Source: a bacterium
Lineage (GTDB): Bacteria; UBA8248
DNA: 64,000 bases
Direction of reading: 5' to 3'
Assembly (NCBI GenBank): GCA_963692865.2
Contig: OY843592.1
Span: 288,001-352,000, forward strand
The translations under genes and the position numbers were made by a program. The notes beneath the pieces are model-generated. The model saw nothing but the letters and a program-made list of their open reading frames with translations, searched no databases and was not told the origin of the DNA. Shown here piece by piece: positions 51,198-61,225 of the stretch (its first letter is position 1; each line of letters starts with the position of its first letter).

Positions 51198-52463
51198 ATG
51201 ACCCCCGAGGAGGCGAACGGCTTCAAGCTCCTGGGCCACTGCGATTTCGGCGGCCGCAACAAGGGCGACGTCATGCAGCTTCTCGTGAAGGACGACTTCA
51301 TCCTCTGCGGCCACGTGGGCATGTCGGGCGCGGGCACGAGCGTGGTCGACGCGTCGAACCCCCGGAAGCCCAGGCTCGTGAACCAGATTCCCGCCCCGCG
51401 CAACACGCACAACAACAAGCTCCAGATCGTGGGCGACATCATGGTCGTCAACAACGAGCAGTTCGGCGGACGCGGCCCCGACTTCGAACCCTTCAAGGCG
51501 GGAATCGACATCTACGACGTATCGAACCTGCCCGAACTCCGCCCGCTGGGCTATTTCCACACCGGCGGGCGCGGGGTGCACCGGTTCTGGTTCGGCGACG
51601 GGCGCTACGCCTTCCTCACGGCGGGCGATGATGAATACATCGATCAGTTCCTGAAGATCGTCGATCTCGAAGACCCCACCCGCCCCAGGGAGGTGGGCCG
51701 CTGGGCGATGCCGGGCATGCGCATTGATGAGGAGCGCGACTGGCACCAGATGGGCCAGTTCCGCTTCAAGAAAAACCGCAAAGGCGAATACATCCCGCTC
51801 GGCGGCGAAGCGCCCGAGGGGATGAAGAAAAAACGCGCCTGCGTTCACATGTCCATGAACGTGGGCGAGAGGTGCTACGGCGCGTGGTGGGATTCGGGCT
51901 TCATCATCCTCGACATCGCCGACATCACGAACCCCGCGCTCGTAAGCCACACCCAGTGGCCGCCCGAGGAGAGTTCGGCCACGCATTCGGTGCTGCCCCT
52001 GCCCGAGCGGAACATCTGCATCGTCTCGGATGAATGCACGGCGGAGGACATGGAGGACATCCCCAAGCAAATCCGCGTGATGGACATAAGTGACGAGAAA
52101 AACCCGAAGGTGCTCTCCACCTTCCCCCACCCCGAGGGGGATTACGCCGAGCGCGGCGGACGCTCCGGCCCGCACAACCTGCACGAGAACCGCCCCGATT
52201 CGCTGATCGACGAAACCCGAGTTTACATGACGTGGTTCAACGGCGGCCTGCGCGTGTTCGACATCGAAGACCCCTTGAAGCCCAGAGAAGTCGCCCACTA
52301 CGTGCCCGAAACGCCCAGGCGCGACCCCATCCGCCCCCTGTGGGGGAGAGACTACGAACTCCTGCAGGTCCAGGTGGACGACGTCTACATGGCGGCGGAC
52401 GGCAGGGCCTACATCAGCGAACGCCTCGGCGCGGGGGTGTGGATTCTCGAGTCTGATTTTTAG
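51198..52463 (+). CDS. LVIVD-repeat beta-propeller protein
   Basis: SVVDASNP, KIVDLEDP, IILDIADI, GPHNLHE; start could be 51141. Confidence 0.82.
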   Translation: MTPEEANGFKLLGHCDFGGRNKGDVMQLLVKDDFILCGHVGMSGAGTSVVDASNPRKPRLVNQIPAPRNTHNNKLQIVGDIMVVNNEQFGGRGPDFEPFKAGIDIYDVSNLPELRPLGYFHTGGRGVHRFWFGDGRYAFLTAGDDEYIDQFLKIVDLEDPTRPREVGRWAMPGMRIDEERDWHQMGQFRFKKNRKGEYIPLGGEAPEGMKKKRACVHMSMNVGERCYGAWWDSGFIILDIADITNPALVSHTQWPPEESSATHSVLPLPERNICIVSDECTAEDMEDIPKQIRVMDISDEKNPKVLSTFPHPEGDYAERGGRSGPHNLHENRPDSLIDETRVYMTWFNGGLRVFDIEDPLKPREVAHYVPETPRRDPIRPLWGRDYELLQVQVDDVYMAADGRAYISERLGAGVWILESDF

Positions 52464-52511
52464 GGGGGTTCGAGTATTCAACGACGCTTCAGAAATGAGC
52501 GAGATAATCGA

Positions 52512-53471
52512 TTGAACGACTTCACACATATTTCCTTGGACGTAGAACATGATATCGATAATTGGGAGGTTGCCTATGAGCGCCCGACCGGTTCCCGGGC
52601 TAAGCTGACGCTCATCCGCGACAGAGACAATCAACATTTTATCTTCAAGCTGCCAAAAGAACATCGTGAGCATCAGATTTGGTCGGAACTTCTCGCATCG
52701 TTCATCGCAGGCGATCTTTTGTGCTGGGACGTCCAGCATGTATCTTTGGGCGTTCGAAACGGCAAGCCGGGGAATCTGCTCCACTATATTTACCAACCCG
52801 AAGTTCCAGAACATTTCATCGAAGGCTGGCAACTATGCAAAGAGGTTGACCCTGAATTCGACGTGGACAAAGGACAGCACCATACCTTGCCCTTGATTCT
52901 TCGAACCTACACCGATGTAATTGCCCCGAGCTTCAAGATTAAACGCTCTGATTTTATGATTTTCTGGTCACGGGCGCTTGCTCTGGATACACTGATATCC
53001 AACACGGATCGCCACGCGGAGAACTGGGCTGTTATTGTAACTTCAGAACCTGCAGTCCCGGCCAGAATGGCGGCACTTTACGATCACGGGTCGAGCATGG
53101 GATGTAGGCTGGATCTCGTAGGGCTGGATCGATATTTTGACGAAGATGGCCGCCTCAAAGTAGACCGCATGAACCGATTCAGAAAATCCGGGAGACATCA
53201 CGTTCGTCTCGAAGAACCCATGAAGAATGGAGCCCACTTCGAGCCTCTATGTCACAAATTGTTGGAACATCACCCGGAGGGCCGCGTTGTCTTTGAAGAA
53301 GTAGCCGGAATCGACCTGGAGATCGTGAACAAGTTGGTACATGAGATTGTCGCACGCGTCGAACTGCCGGAGCCCTATGCGCTCACGGATAGAAGGGCAG
53401 AACACATCTATGCTATTCTGAAACTCGGCATGGAGCGCATCGAGAACATCCTCCGCGAGACGAAAAAATGA
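52512..53471 (+). CDS. HipA/CtkA-like kinase
   Basis: TGSRAK, IFKLP, WSELLAS, NTDRHAENW, LYDHGSS; lower GC. Confidence 0.8.
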   Translation: MNDFTHISLDVEHDIDNWEVAYERPTGSRAKLTLIRDRDNQHFIFKLPKEHREHQIWSELLASFIAGDLLCWDVQHVSLGVRNGKPGNLLHYIYQPEVPEHFIEGWQLCKEVDPEFDVDKGQHHTLPLILRTYTDVIAPSFKIKRSDFMIFWSRALALDTLISNTDRHAENWAVIVTSEPAVPARMAALYDHGSSMGCRLDLVGLDRYFDEDGRLKVDRMNRFRKSGRHHVRLEEPMKNGAHFEPLCHKLLEHHPEGRVVFEEVAGIDLEIVNKLVHEIVARVELPEPYALTDRRAEHIYAILKLGMERIENILRETKK

Positions 53472-54196
53472 CGGACTTGATCACCGACCCCATACAGACG
53501 CGCCGGGCTTTATTTACGTGGCAGCGCCCCCTGGAACAGCCCGGTTCCCGCGACAGGTTCGCGGTCGCCGAATTGTTGCAGTGCGAGGGAGGCGTGGCGT
53601 TCTCTTATCTGGATGAAGGCAGCCTTGCTCCGGTTATGGAAGCTGGATTCCGTGGCTATCCCGGCTTGGCGCTCGGCGATGCGCACGAAGCCGAAACTGC
53701 GCTCGACGTGCTGGCCCGACGGCTGCCGCCCCGAGATCGGCCCGACTTTCATGAATTCCTGGAGACGTTCGGCCTCTCGCCGCAAGCCGATTTCTCCAAC
53801 CTCAGCCTGTTGGCCTATACGGGCGCCCGCGTAACCGGCGACAGCTTCGGCGTCACCGAGACTTTCGATGGTTTCGACCGCCCCTTTCGCTACGTTTTCG
53901 ACGTCTCGGGTTACCGACATTACCGAAACGATGCGCTTGACCTCGCTGTCGATGAACCCTTGATTTTCCGGCTCGAACCAACAAACGAGTATGATTCTGA
54001 TGCAATCGAAATAGCCCGAGAAAATGACGTCCGACTCGGCTACATCAATCGGTTGCAAGCTCAAACGGTACGGGGCTGGATCGAGCACGGGAACATAGAT
54101 GCGCGCGTGTTTAAGGTGAACGGTCGCTCGGCCTATCCACGATTATTCGTCATGGCCGATATCGAGCCGGCCATGCAAAAGGTCCATGCGGCTTGA
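53468..54196 (+). CDS. HIRAN-domain protein with HipS-like N-terminus
   Basis: RRLPPRDRPD, YTGARVTGD, VSGYRHY, EPTNEYDSDAI, LGYI; ATGA overlap. Confidence 0.8.
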   Translation: MTDLITDPIQTRRALFTWQRPLEQPGSRDRFAVAELLQCEGGVAFSYLDEGSLAPVMEAGFRGYPGLALGDAHEAETALDVLARRLPPRDRPDFHEFLETFGLSPQADFSNLSLLAYTGARVTGDSFGVTETFDGFDRPFRYVFDVSGYRHYRNDALDLAVDEPLIFRLEPTNEYDSDAIEIARENDVRLGYINRLQAQTVRGWIEHGNIDARVFKVNGRSAYPRLFVMADIEPAMQKVHAA

Positions 54197-54230
54197 AAAT
54201 CCCTGCCGTTTAGCTGTTTTAGAGTTATCC

Positions 54231-54950
54231 TCACCCCAGCTTCTCGGCGAAAAACGCGAGGGTCTTCTCCCAGGAGTCCTCGCTCTGCGCGGCGCGGAAG
54301 CGCTCGGGGTTGTCCTCCCACTGGAATGCGTGACCGGCGCCGTCGTAGCGGTGGAAGACGTATTCCGCGCCCGCGTTTTTTAACGCCGCCTCGTAGTCGT
54401 CCACGTCTTCGGGCGAGGGGTTCTGATCCTCGTTGCCGAACACCCCGATGACGGGGCACGCGATGTTCGCGGTCAGCTCGATGGCGGGCGGGTTGCCCGC
54501 GCCGCGCACCTCCTTCACGCCGCCGCCGTAGAAGACGGCGCACGCGGCGTAGCGAGAATCCGTGCACGCGCCCAGCCAGCTCACGCGTCCGCCCCAGCAG
54601 TGGCCGACGATTCCGATCCGGCCCGCGTCCACGCTCTCAAGCGCCGCCAGGGCGTCGAAGCCCGCTTTCAAGTCCAGCGCCGTCTGCGCGTCGTTGAACT
54701 CATCGCGCTTTATCTGCATGTCGTCTTCTTTCGACCACCAGTGATAGAGAAAGGGGACGGACACCGCGTAGCCGTTCTCCCGGTAGCGCGCAGCCGTCTT
54801 GAGCGTGAAGGGGTCGCCATCGATCCCCGCGTGGCCCGGTATGTGCTGGCAGAGCACCAGCCCAGGATGGGGGCCCGCGCCTTCGGGCTCATACAGGTAA
54901 ATCTCCATCTCGCTGCCCTGGACCTGCGCCGTCTCGATTCGATAGCTCAT
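54231..54950 (-). CDS. Dienelactone hydrolase family
   Basis: GHCWGG, GNEDQNP, GAGHAF. Confidence 0.9.
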   Translation of the reverse strand: MSYRIETAQVQGSEMEIYLYEPEGAGPHPGLVLCQHIPGHAGIDGDPFTLKTAARYRENGYAVSVPFLYHWWSKEDDMQIKRDEFNDAQTALDLKAGFDALAALESVDAGRIGIVGHCWGGRVSWLGACTDSRYAACAVFYGGGVKEVRGAGNPPAIELTANIACPVIGVFGNEDQNPSPEDVDDYEAALKNAGAEYVFHRYDGAGHAFQWEDNPERFRAAQSEDSWEKTLAFFAEKLG

Positions 54951-55046
54951 CTTTTTCCCTCTCTTTTTTATAAGTATGAAGCCGCGTGATTTGCTCAAAG
55001 ACTACAACAAGGAAACGCTTCGCGCATGGCCGGAAGCGCTCCTCCT

Positions 55047-55367
55047 GGGGTTGTTGGAAAAGCCCTCCTCGCTCAGAATTGACTACTGCCGTCATTCCGG
55101 CGAAAGCCGGAATCCATTTGCGGATGTGGGTGAATGAATAGCGGCGTTTCATTCCCTGACGATGCGCGGAAACCCTGACGAAAGGCAAAAAAGCGTAACA
55201 ATGGATTCCGGCTTTCGCCGGAATGACGAACAAAACCGCATGGCCTCGTAGCTTCCTCGGACAGGCACAGGGGTCTCGGACAACCATTGGGGGTTGTCCG
55301 CTACAAACCCCACTTCCCGGTCGATTCCATTCGCCAAATCACGAAATCAGGACTTTTTCAACAACCC
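55047..55367. repeat. TIR-bounded composite repeat
   Basis: ggggttgttggaaaagcc...gactttttcaacaaccc. Confidence 0.78.
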
Positions 55368-55379
55368 ACCTGATGCGCC

Positions 55380-56342
55380 TCAGGCGTCCTCGAACACGAG
55401 ATTCTGCGGGTTTCCCCGCAGATAGGCCTCCACGTTGTCCACTGCGATGCGCGCCTCACGCTCCACCGCCCCCTCGGTGTGCGCGGCGACGTGGGGGGTG
55501 AGGACGACGTTATCGAGCGAGCGGAACGGGGAATCCCCCGGCAGGGGTTCCTCCGGCTCGAACACGTCGAGGCCCGCGCCCGCGATCCGCTTTTCCCGCA
55601 GCGCTTCGAGCAGGGCGTCCATGTCCACGAGCGCCGCGCGCGAGGTGTTTATCAGATACGCCGTGGGCTTCATCTGCGCGATGCGCTCTTTGGAGATGAT
55701 GCCTCTCGTCTCGGGCGTCACGTGAAGCTGGATCGTCACGAAATCGGCCCGCATGCACGCATCGAGCGTGGCCGCGCGCGCACCGGCCCCGGCGGCGCGC
55801 TCGGGCGTCATATTCTTCGACCAGGCGAGCGCCTCCATCCCGAAGCCCCGCGCCATGGGGACGACCTTGCTCCCGATGTGACCGAAGCCGATCACCGAGA
55901 GCGTCTTGCCGAGAAGCTCCACGCCCCGGACGCGCTCCCACGCCCCCGCCCGCATGGCGGGTCCCTGAAACGGCAACCGCTTCGCCAGGGCCAGGACCAT
56001 CATCATCGTGTGCTCGGCCACGGAGGGACTCCCCGCGCCGGGCGTCACGGCGACGGATACGCCCCGCTCCCGCGCGCGCTTCATGTCCACCGCCCGGGGG
56101 CGCGTGCCCCATACCGAGATGAGGCGAAGCCCCCGCGCCGCATCGAGCAGGGCGGCGTTCCTGAAGTCCGTCTGGTAGCGAACGGTGAGGATAACGTCCG
56201 CACCTGCGATGCGCGCGGCCATCTCTTCCTCACTCGCAGGCCGCTCGGTGAAATGGTCCACCTCGCCAAGCTCCATGAGGCGCGCGAGTTGGGGCGAGTC
56301 CGTGAAGTTGCCCTCGTAGTCATCCGGAATCACGATTTTCAT
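55380..56342 (-). CDS. D-2-hydroxyacid dehydrogenase family
   Basis: IGFGHIG, NTSRA, DVFEPEEP, TPHVA. Confidence 0.9.
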   Translation of the reverse strand: MKIVIPDDYEGNFTDSPQLARLMELGEVDHFTERPASEEEMAARIAGADVILTVRYQTDFRNAALLDAARGLRLISVWGTRPRAVDMKRARERGVSVAVTPGAGSPSVAEHTMMMVLALAKRLPFQGPAMRAGAWERVRGVELLGKTLSVIGFGHIGSKVVPMARGFGMEALAWSKNMTPERAAGAGARAATLDACMRADFVTIQLHVTPETRGIISKERIAQMKPTAYLINTSRAALVDMDALLEALREKRIAGAGLDVFEPEEPLPGDSPFRSLDNVVLTPHVAAHTEGAVEREARIAVDNVEAYLRGNPQNLVFEDA

Positions 56343-56467
56343 GCGCGCACGCTCCCATCCTCGCCTTCCGGGCGCCACCGCCCCCTCAGGGGTCGGTCTT
56401 CCTTCCTCGGGAAGATCGATACCTGCGGTGCATTCGCCGCCCCCGCCGCTGTAAACGCCCGCTCATC

Positions 56468-56728
56468 GGGGTGGTTGAAAAAGTTCTCCTCGCTCGCAAT
56501 TGGCCACCGCCGTCATTCCGGCGCATGCCGGAATGACGAACAAAACCGCACCACTCGCATGGACAGGTCCCCGTGCCTGTCCATGCGAAGCCAACCACGG
56601 GGATGGACATATTCGATACGGGCGGCCACGGGGGGCCGCCCCTACGTCTCAAAACTTGGGTGGGTATGTATCCCCTCCCCGGTCGGCTCAATACCCCGAA
56701 TCACGAAATCAGGGATTTTCCAACAACC
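56468..56728. repeat. TIR-bounded composite repeat
   Basis: gggtggttgaaaaag...ttttccaacaacc; shares blocks with the 55047 and 35390 regions. Confidence 0.75.
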
Positions 56729-56869
56729 ACCCCTGGGGCGGCGATACGCCTCATCGACCAAAAGGTTTACGCCTCCACGGTATACCCCAATATGATTGAC
56801 AGAACATATCGTCTCAAGTAGTGCTATGGAATCGGACGAAACTACGCTTTCCCACCTCGCTTCCAGAGG

Positions 56870-58063
56870 ATGCGCCCGAACGCCATGATGCCGGACCTGA
56901 CCCCCGAAGAAGCCGAGATGGCGCGCCGCGCGCGCCGGATTGCGCGCGAGGACATCCTCCCCATCGCCGCGGCGAGGGACAGGAACTACGCGCCGGGCGA
57001 GGCCTATCCATGGCACATCGCCGACAAGCTCGATGCCGCGGGCTTAAGAACGCTCACCGTGCCCGAGAAGTTCGGCGGCTTCGGCGCGCGGCATCTTGTG
57101 CAGGCCATGGTGGCCGAAGAGATAGCCTACGGAGACCTGGGCGTCGCCGTCTCGATGGATCAGACGTATAAATTCACGCAACTGCTCACGAACGAGACCA
57201 CGCAGGCGCAGCGCGACCTGTACCTCGAAGACTTCATGACTGACCCGAGGGCGCTCCTCGCCCTCGCCACCACGGAGCCCCAGAGCGGAACCGACACCTT
57301 CCTCATGTACGACGCGCCGGGCGCCGGCCCGCGCATGACGGCGAAACAAGAGGGTGATTTCTACGTCCTGAACGGCACGAAGCACTACATCTCGAACGGA
57401 GGACTTGCGAAGTATTACTTCATCTTCGCGAGGACGGCGCCCGAGAAGAAGATGAGCGAGGGCCTCACCTGCTTCCTCGTGCCGCGCGACACGGAAGGCT
57501 TCGAGATCGGCGAGGCGCACTCGAAGCTCGGCAGGCGGCTGCTCCAAAACGGCGAACTCGTGCTCAGGAACTGCCGCGTGCCCGCCCACAACCTCTTCGG
57601 CGAGTGGAACGGGGGCCTGTCGATACTCAAGCGCATGGTGAGCGGCGCGCTCATCCCGGTGATGGGCCCCTCGCGCCTCGCCTACGATCTCGCGCGAACA
57701 GCGGCGCAGGAGAACGGGGCGGCGGATGAGCAGTGGGCGCAGATGGCGCTCACGGAAATGTATATGCTGATTGAGGCGGCGCGGACCTACCTGTATTCTG
57801 CGGCGTGGCATGCGGAAAAGCCGACGGACGATTCGAAACGCCGTCTGATGTCCAAGGTGTTCGCCTCCGAAGCCGGCATCAGGGTCTGCCGCACCGCGAT
57901 GGAGATCTGGGGGAGGACGGGCGCGACCCGGCGCGACGACAGGCCGACGCCCGAGAAATGCTGGCGCGACGTGCTGAGCTACCTCCACGGCTTCGGCACG
58001 AACGAGGCCGTGAAGCTCAAGGCCGCGCCGCTCCTCGCCCCCGCCGGCGTGGATGAATGGTAA
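56870..58063 (+). CDS. Acyl-CoA dehydrogenase-fold flavoprotein
   Basis: ATTEPQSGTD, LNGTKHYISNG, KLGRR; HGFGTNE instead of YEGTNE. Confidence 0.85.
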   Translation: MRPNAMMPDLTPEEAEMARRARRIAREDILPIAAARDRNYAPGEAYPWHIADKLDAAGLRTLTVPEKFGGFGARHLVQAMVAEEIAYGDLGVAVSMDQTYKFTQLLTNETTQAQRDLYLEDFMTDPRALLALATTEPQSGTDTFLMYDAPGAGPRMTAKQEGDFYVLNGTKHYISNGGLAKYYFIFARTAPEKKMSEGLTCFLVPRDTEGFEIGEAHSKLGRRLLQNGELVLRNCRVPAHNLFGEWNGGLSILKRMVSGALIPVMGPSRLAYDLARTAAQENGAADEQWAQMALTEMYMLIEAARTYLYSAAWHAEKPTDDSKRRLMSKVFASEAGIRVCRTAMEIWGRTGATRRDDRPTPEKCWRDVLSYLHGFGTNEAVKLKAAPLLAPAGVDEW

Positions 58064-58111
58064 ACTTGAAAATACGAGGTTTTTCGTCACATAACCGATA
58101 AGGAGACTGCA

Positions 58112-59080
58112 ATGCCCGCATACAAGAAATCGGACGCGCGCGCCTTCTGCAAGGAGAACATGCAGGGAATCTGGGCCGCCATCCCCTACCCCTTCGATGA
58201 GAACGACGACATCGACGAGGCGGGCCTGCGCGCCGACATCCGCCACTACATCGACGACCTCGACATCAAGGGGTTTTTCGTCGGCGGGTTGATCGGCGAG
58301 TTCTGGTGCCTCACCAAGGAAGAGCGCCTGCGCGGCCAGGCGATCGCCTGCGACGAGGCGGGGGACGTGCCCGTCATCGCGCACACCGGCCACACCTCGG
58401 CCAAAGAGGCGATTGAACTCACCAACGCGGCGATAGAGGCGGGCGCGACCTACGCGATCCTGGCGAACCCCTACCTCGGCGCGCAGGGGATACCCGAGCG
58501 CGTGCGCGCGTATTTCCGGGAATTCTGCAGCAACGTGGATATCGGCGTGTCGCTCTTCAACACGGCGGCGACCGGCTATTCCCTCTCGCCGGGCCTCGTC
58601 CGGCAGATCGTCGACGACAACGAGAACATCTGCTGCATCAAGAACGCGCAACCCAAACCCCACTGCGACAATGTGCGCGAAGCCGTGGGCGAGGACATCG
58701 TCGTCAGCGACCCGATGGAGACCCAGTGGTTCTTCAGCCGGGCCTATCACAAGCAGCAGACCTTCATGAGCGGCCCGGATCCTTTCCTCATGCAGCGCAC
58801 CGGCAACCTGGGGATGCAGCGATACACCGACCTGATCGACGAGGGGAACCTCGAGGAGGCCTGGACCGCGCGCGAGTCCATGAACCCCATGCGCCGCGTG
58901 GCCGACAAGTGGCTGTGGGAGCCCTGGACGCGGGGGGCGTTCCCCATCGCCGCGCTCAAGAACTGGATGGACCTGATGGGCATGCGCGGCGGCCCCACGC
59001 GCGCGCCGATGATCCCCCTGAGCGCGGACGAGAAGGCGGAGCTGACCTCGGATCTCAAGAGCGTGGGCCTCATCGACTAG
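58112..59080 (+). CDS. DHDPS-family aldolase (possible hydratase-aldolase)
   Basis: GIWAAIPYPF, GGLIGEF, CCIKNA Schiff-base Lys. Confidence 0.85.
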   Translation: MPAYKKSDARAFCKENMQGIWAAIPYPFDENDDIDEAGLRADIRHYIDDLDIKGFFVGGLIGEFWCLTKEERLRGQAIACDEAGDVPVIAHTGHTSAKEAIELTNAAIEAGATYAILANPYLGAQGIPERVRAYFREFCSNVDIGVSLFNTAATGYSLSPGLVRQIVDDNENICCIKNAQPKPHCDNVREAVGEDIVVSDPMETQWFFSRAYHKQQTFMSGPDPFLMQRTGNLGMQRYTDLIDEGNLEEAWTARESMNPMRRVADKWLWEPWTRGAFPIAALKNWMDLMGMRGGPTRAPMIPLSADEKAELTSDLKSVGLID

Positions 59081-59116
59081 CTCGCTGCGTTCCTCGCGTT
59101 CATAAGGATTCGGCGC

Positions 59117-60265
59117 ATGGATTTCGCTCCCGGGGAGGCCACTCTCGCGCTTCAGGGCCTGGCGCGCGACTTCGCGCGTCAGGAAATCGCACAGCACTCG
59201 GATGCGCTCGACGAGGAAAAAGACCCGGAGAAACGCTTTCCCGGGGAGATACTGGACAAAGGCGACGCTCTCGGCCTGCGCACACTCTCCCTCCCGGAAA
59301 GCTACGGCGGAGGGGAAGCCGATCTGCTCAGCCTGTGCTTCGTGGCGGAGGAGATCGGCTGGGGGGATTTGGGCGTGGGCGTCATCTACGCTCAGGACTG
59401 GGCGCTCGCAAACGCAGTATCCCGCCTGTGGGATGAGGCCGCCTTCGCGGCGTTCGCGGAAAATTTCACGCAGGATCAACCGCTCCATCTGGCCCATGTG
59501 AAAATCACAGATACGCCCGCGCCAGAGGATAAGAGTCCTTATCCATCAGATGCGCGCCAGGGCGCATCCATCGGGAAAGATGGCGACGGCCTACGCCTCG
59601 ACGGCGGCGCGCGGCACGTGCTGAACGGCGCGGCCGCCGGCCTTTTTCTTCTGGAGTCAGGTTCTGCGGACGAGAACGAGCGGCAGGTCTTTCTCGTGGA
59701 AAATCGCGGGGGGGCAGGAATCACGGTCGCCCGCTACCATGACCCGATGGGGATGCGCTCCTGCCCGGATGTCGACCTGCGCTTCGAGGATGTAAAGCTC
59801 GACCCTCCGCTCGATTGCACGGACGAGAAATGGCGGAGCGCTACGCACGCTCTCCGCATCCTGCCTGCGGCGGCGGCGGTCGGATGCGCGAGGAAATCCC
59901 ACGAGCACGCGCATGAGCACGCCCGCGAGCGCGTGCAGGGAGGAAAACCCATCATCGAGCACCAGACGGTGGGCTTCATGCTTTGTGATAACCTGATGGA
60001 ACTCGACGCCGCCAGGAGAAGCCTCCAGGCGGCGGCATGGGCGGCGGAGCATGGCGAGAACGCGGAACCCTGGCGGAGCTTTCTCGCAAAGGCCTTCGCA
60101 ACCGAATCGTGCGAGCGCGTCGCGCGCCGCTCGATGGAGGTGTGGGGAGGCGCGGGCTACATGACCGAAGCGCCCATGGAACGGCTGGTGCGCAACGCCG
60201 TGGCCTTTTCCCATGGGTTCGGTATGGGCCACGCCGCGCGCTCCGCCGCGATGGATTTGCTGTAA
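59117..60265 (+). CDS. Divergent acyl-CoA dehydrogenase-fold protein
   Basis: RVQGGKPIIEHQ, WGGAGY, MERLVR; lacks the TEP motif. Confidence 0.8.
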   Translation: MDFAPGEATLALQGLARDFARQEIAQHSDALDEEKDPEKRFPGEILDKGDALGLRTLSLPESYGGGEADLLSLCFVAEEIGWGDLGVGVIYAQDWALANAVSRLWDEAAFAAFAENFTQDQPLHLAHVKITDTPAPEDKSPYPSDARQGASIGKDGDGLRLDGGARHVLNGAAAGLFLLESGSADENERQVFLVENRGGAGITVARYHDPMGMRSCPDVDLRFEDVKLDPPLDCTDEKWRSATHALRILPAAAAVGCARKSHEHAHEHARERVQGGKPIIEHQTVGFMLCDNLMELDAARRSLQAAAWAAEHGENAEPWRSFLAKAFATESCERVARRSMEVWGGAGYMTEAPMERLVRNAVAFSHGFGMGHAARSAAMDLL

Positions 60266-60298
60266 GATAAACCGTGAATGACGCGATGATGCCAAACG

Positions 60299-61225
60299 AT
60301 GGAGGGTGTGGAATTGAGTGAGAGAATCGCCTACGTCAAGGGCCGGTTCGTGCCGGAATCAGAAGCGACCGTGTCCATCCTGGATCGCGGCTTCCTCTAC
60401 GGCGATGGCGTGTACGACGCATCGCGCACCTTCGGCGGCCAGCCCTGGCGCCTGAGGGCGCACATCGACAGGCTCTATCTTTCATGCCGCTACGCGCGGC
60501 TCGACCCCGGCATGAACGCGGACGAGATGGAAGCCCTCACCATGGATCTCATCGAGCGAAACCGCGGCGTATACGCCGAGGGAGAGGAATTCCGCATCAA
60601 CCACTGGGTGACGCGCGGCGGCGGCATCAGTTCCGCCGCCACCCACACGCACGGGGCGCACACGGTGGTCATCTTCACCCTGCCGATGGACTATTCGCGC
60701 TACGCCCACGGCTACAGGGAAGGCGTGCCCTCGGTCGTCACCGGCGTGCGGCGCATTCCGCCCGAATGTCTCGAACCGCGCGCCAAGGTAGGCAACAAGA
60801 TGAACCACGTGCAGGCCGACTTCCAGGCCGCCGAGGCGGGCGCGTGGCCCATCATGCTCGACATCCACGGCTTCGTGGCCGAGGGGTCGGGCTACAACTG
60901 CTTCTTCGTGAGAGACGGCGAAATCCTCACTCCGACGGATCACAACTGCCTGGTCGGCGTCACGCGCACCCACGTCATCGACATGGCGAAGGAACTCGGC
61001 ATCCCGGTTCGCGAAGCCAACCTGACGCGCTACGACCTGCTGATCGCGGACGAGGCCTTCCATACCGGGAACAGCATCTGCATCCTCCCGGTCTCCTCCA
61101 TCGACGGAACCCGGATGGCGCACGGCGCTCCCGGCCCCGTCACCAAGCGCCTCATGGACCTGTGGGCGAGCCAGGTGGGCTGCGACTGGGCCGCGAAATC
61201 CCTCGCCGCCATAGAGGCCAGTTGA
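60299..61225 (+). CDS. Class IV PLP aminotransferase
   Basis: DRGFLYGDG, AEGSGYN, LVGVTR, ADEAF. Confidence 0.9.
   Translation: MEGVELSERIAYVKGRFVPESEATVSILDRGFLYGDGVYDASRTFGGQPWRLRAHIDRLYLSCRYARLDPGMNADEMEALTMDLIERNRGVYAEGEEFRINHWVTRGGGISSAATHTHGAHTVVIFTLPMDYSRYAHGYREGVPSVVTGVRRIPPECLEPRAKVGNKMNHVQADFQAAEAGAWPIMLDIHGFVAEGSGYNCFFVRDGEILTPTDHNCLVGVTRTHVIDMAKELGIPVREANLTRYDLLIADEAFHTGNSICILPVSSIDGTRMAHGAPGPVTKRLMDLWASQVGCDWAAKSLAAIEAS

Noticed and set aside
57044-59497. 817-aa minus-strand ORF, and similar long Arg/Gly-rich alternative-frame ORFs throughout
   Set aside because: Overlap well-supported genes; composition is typical of off-frame GC-rich sequence.
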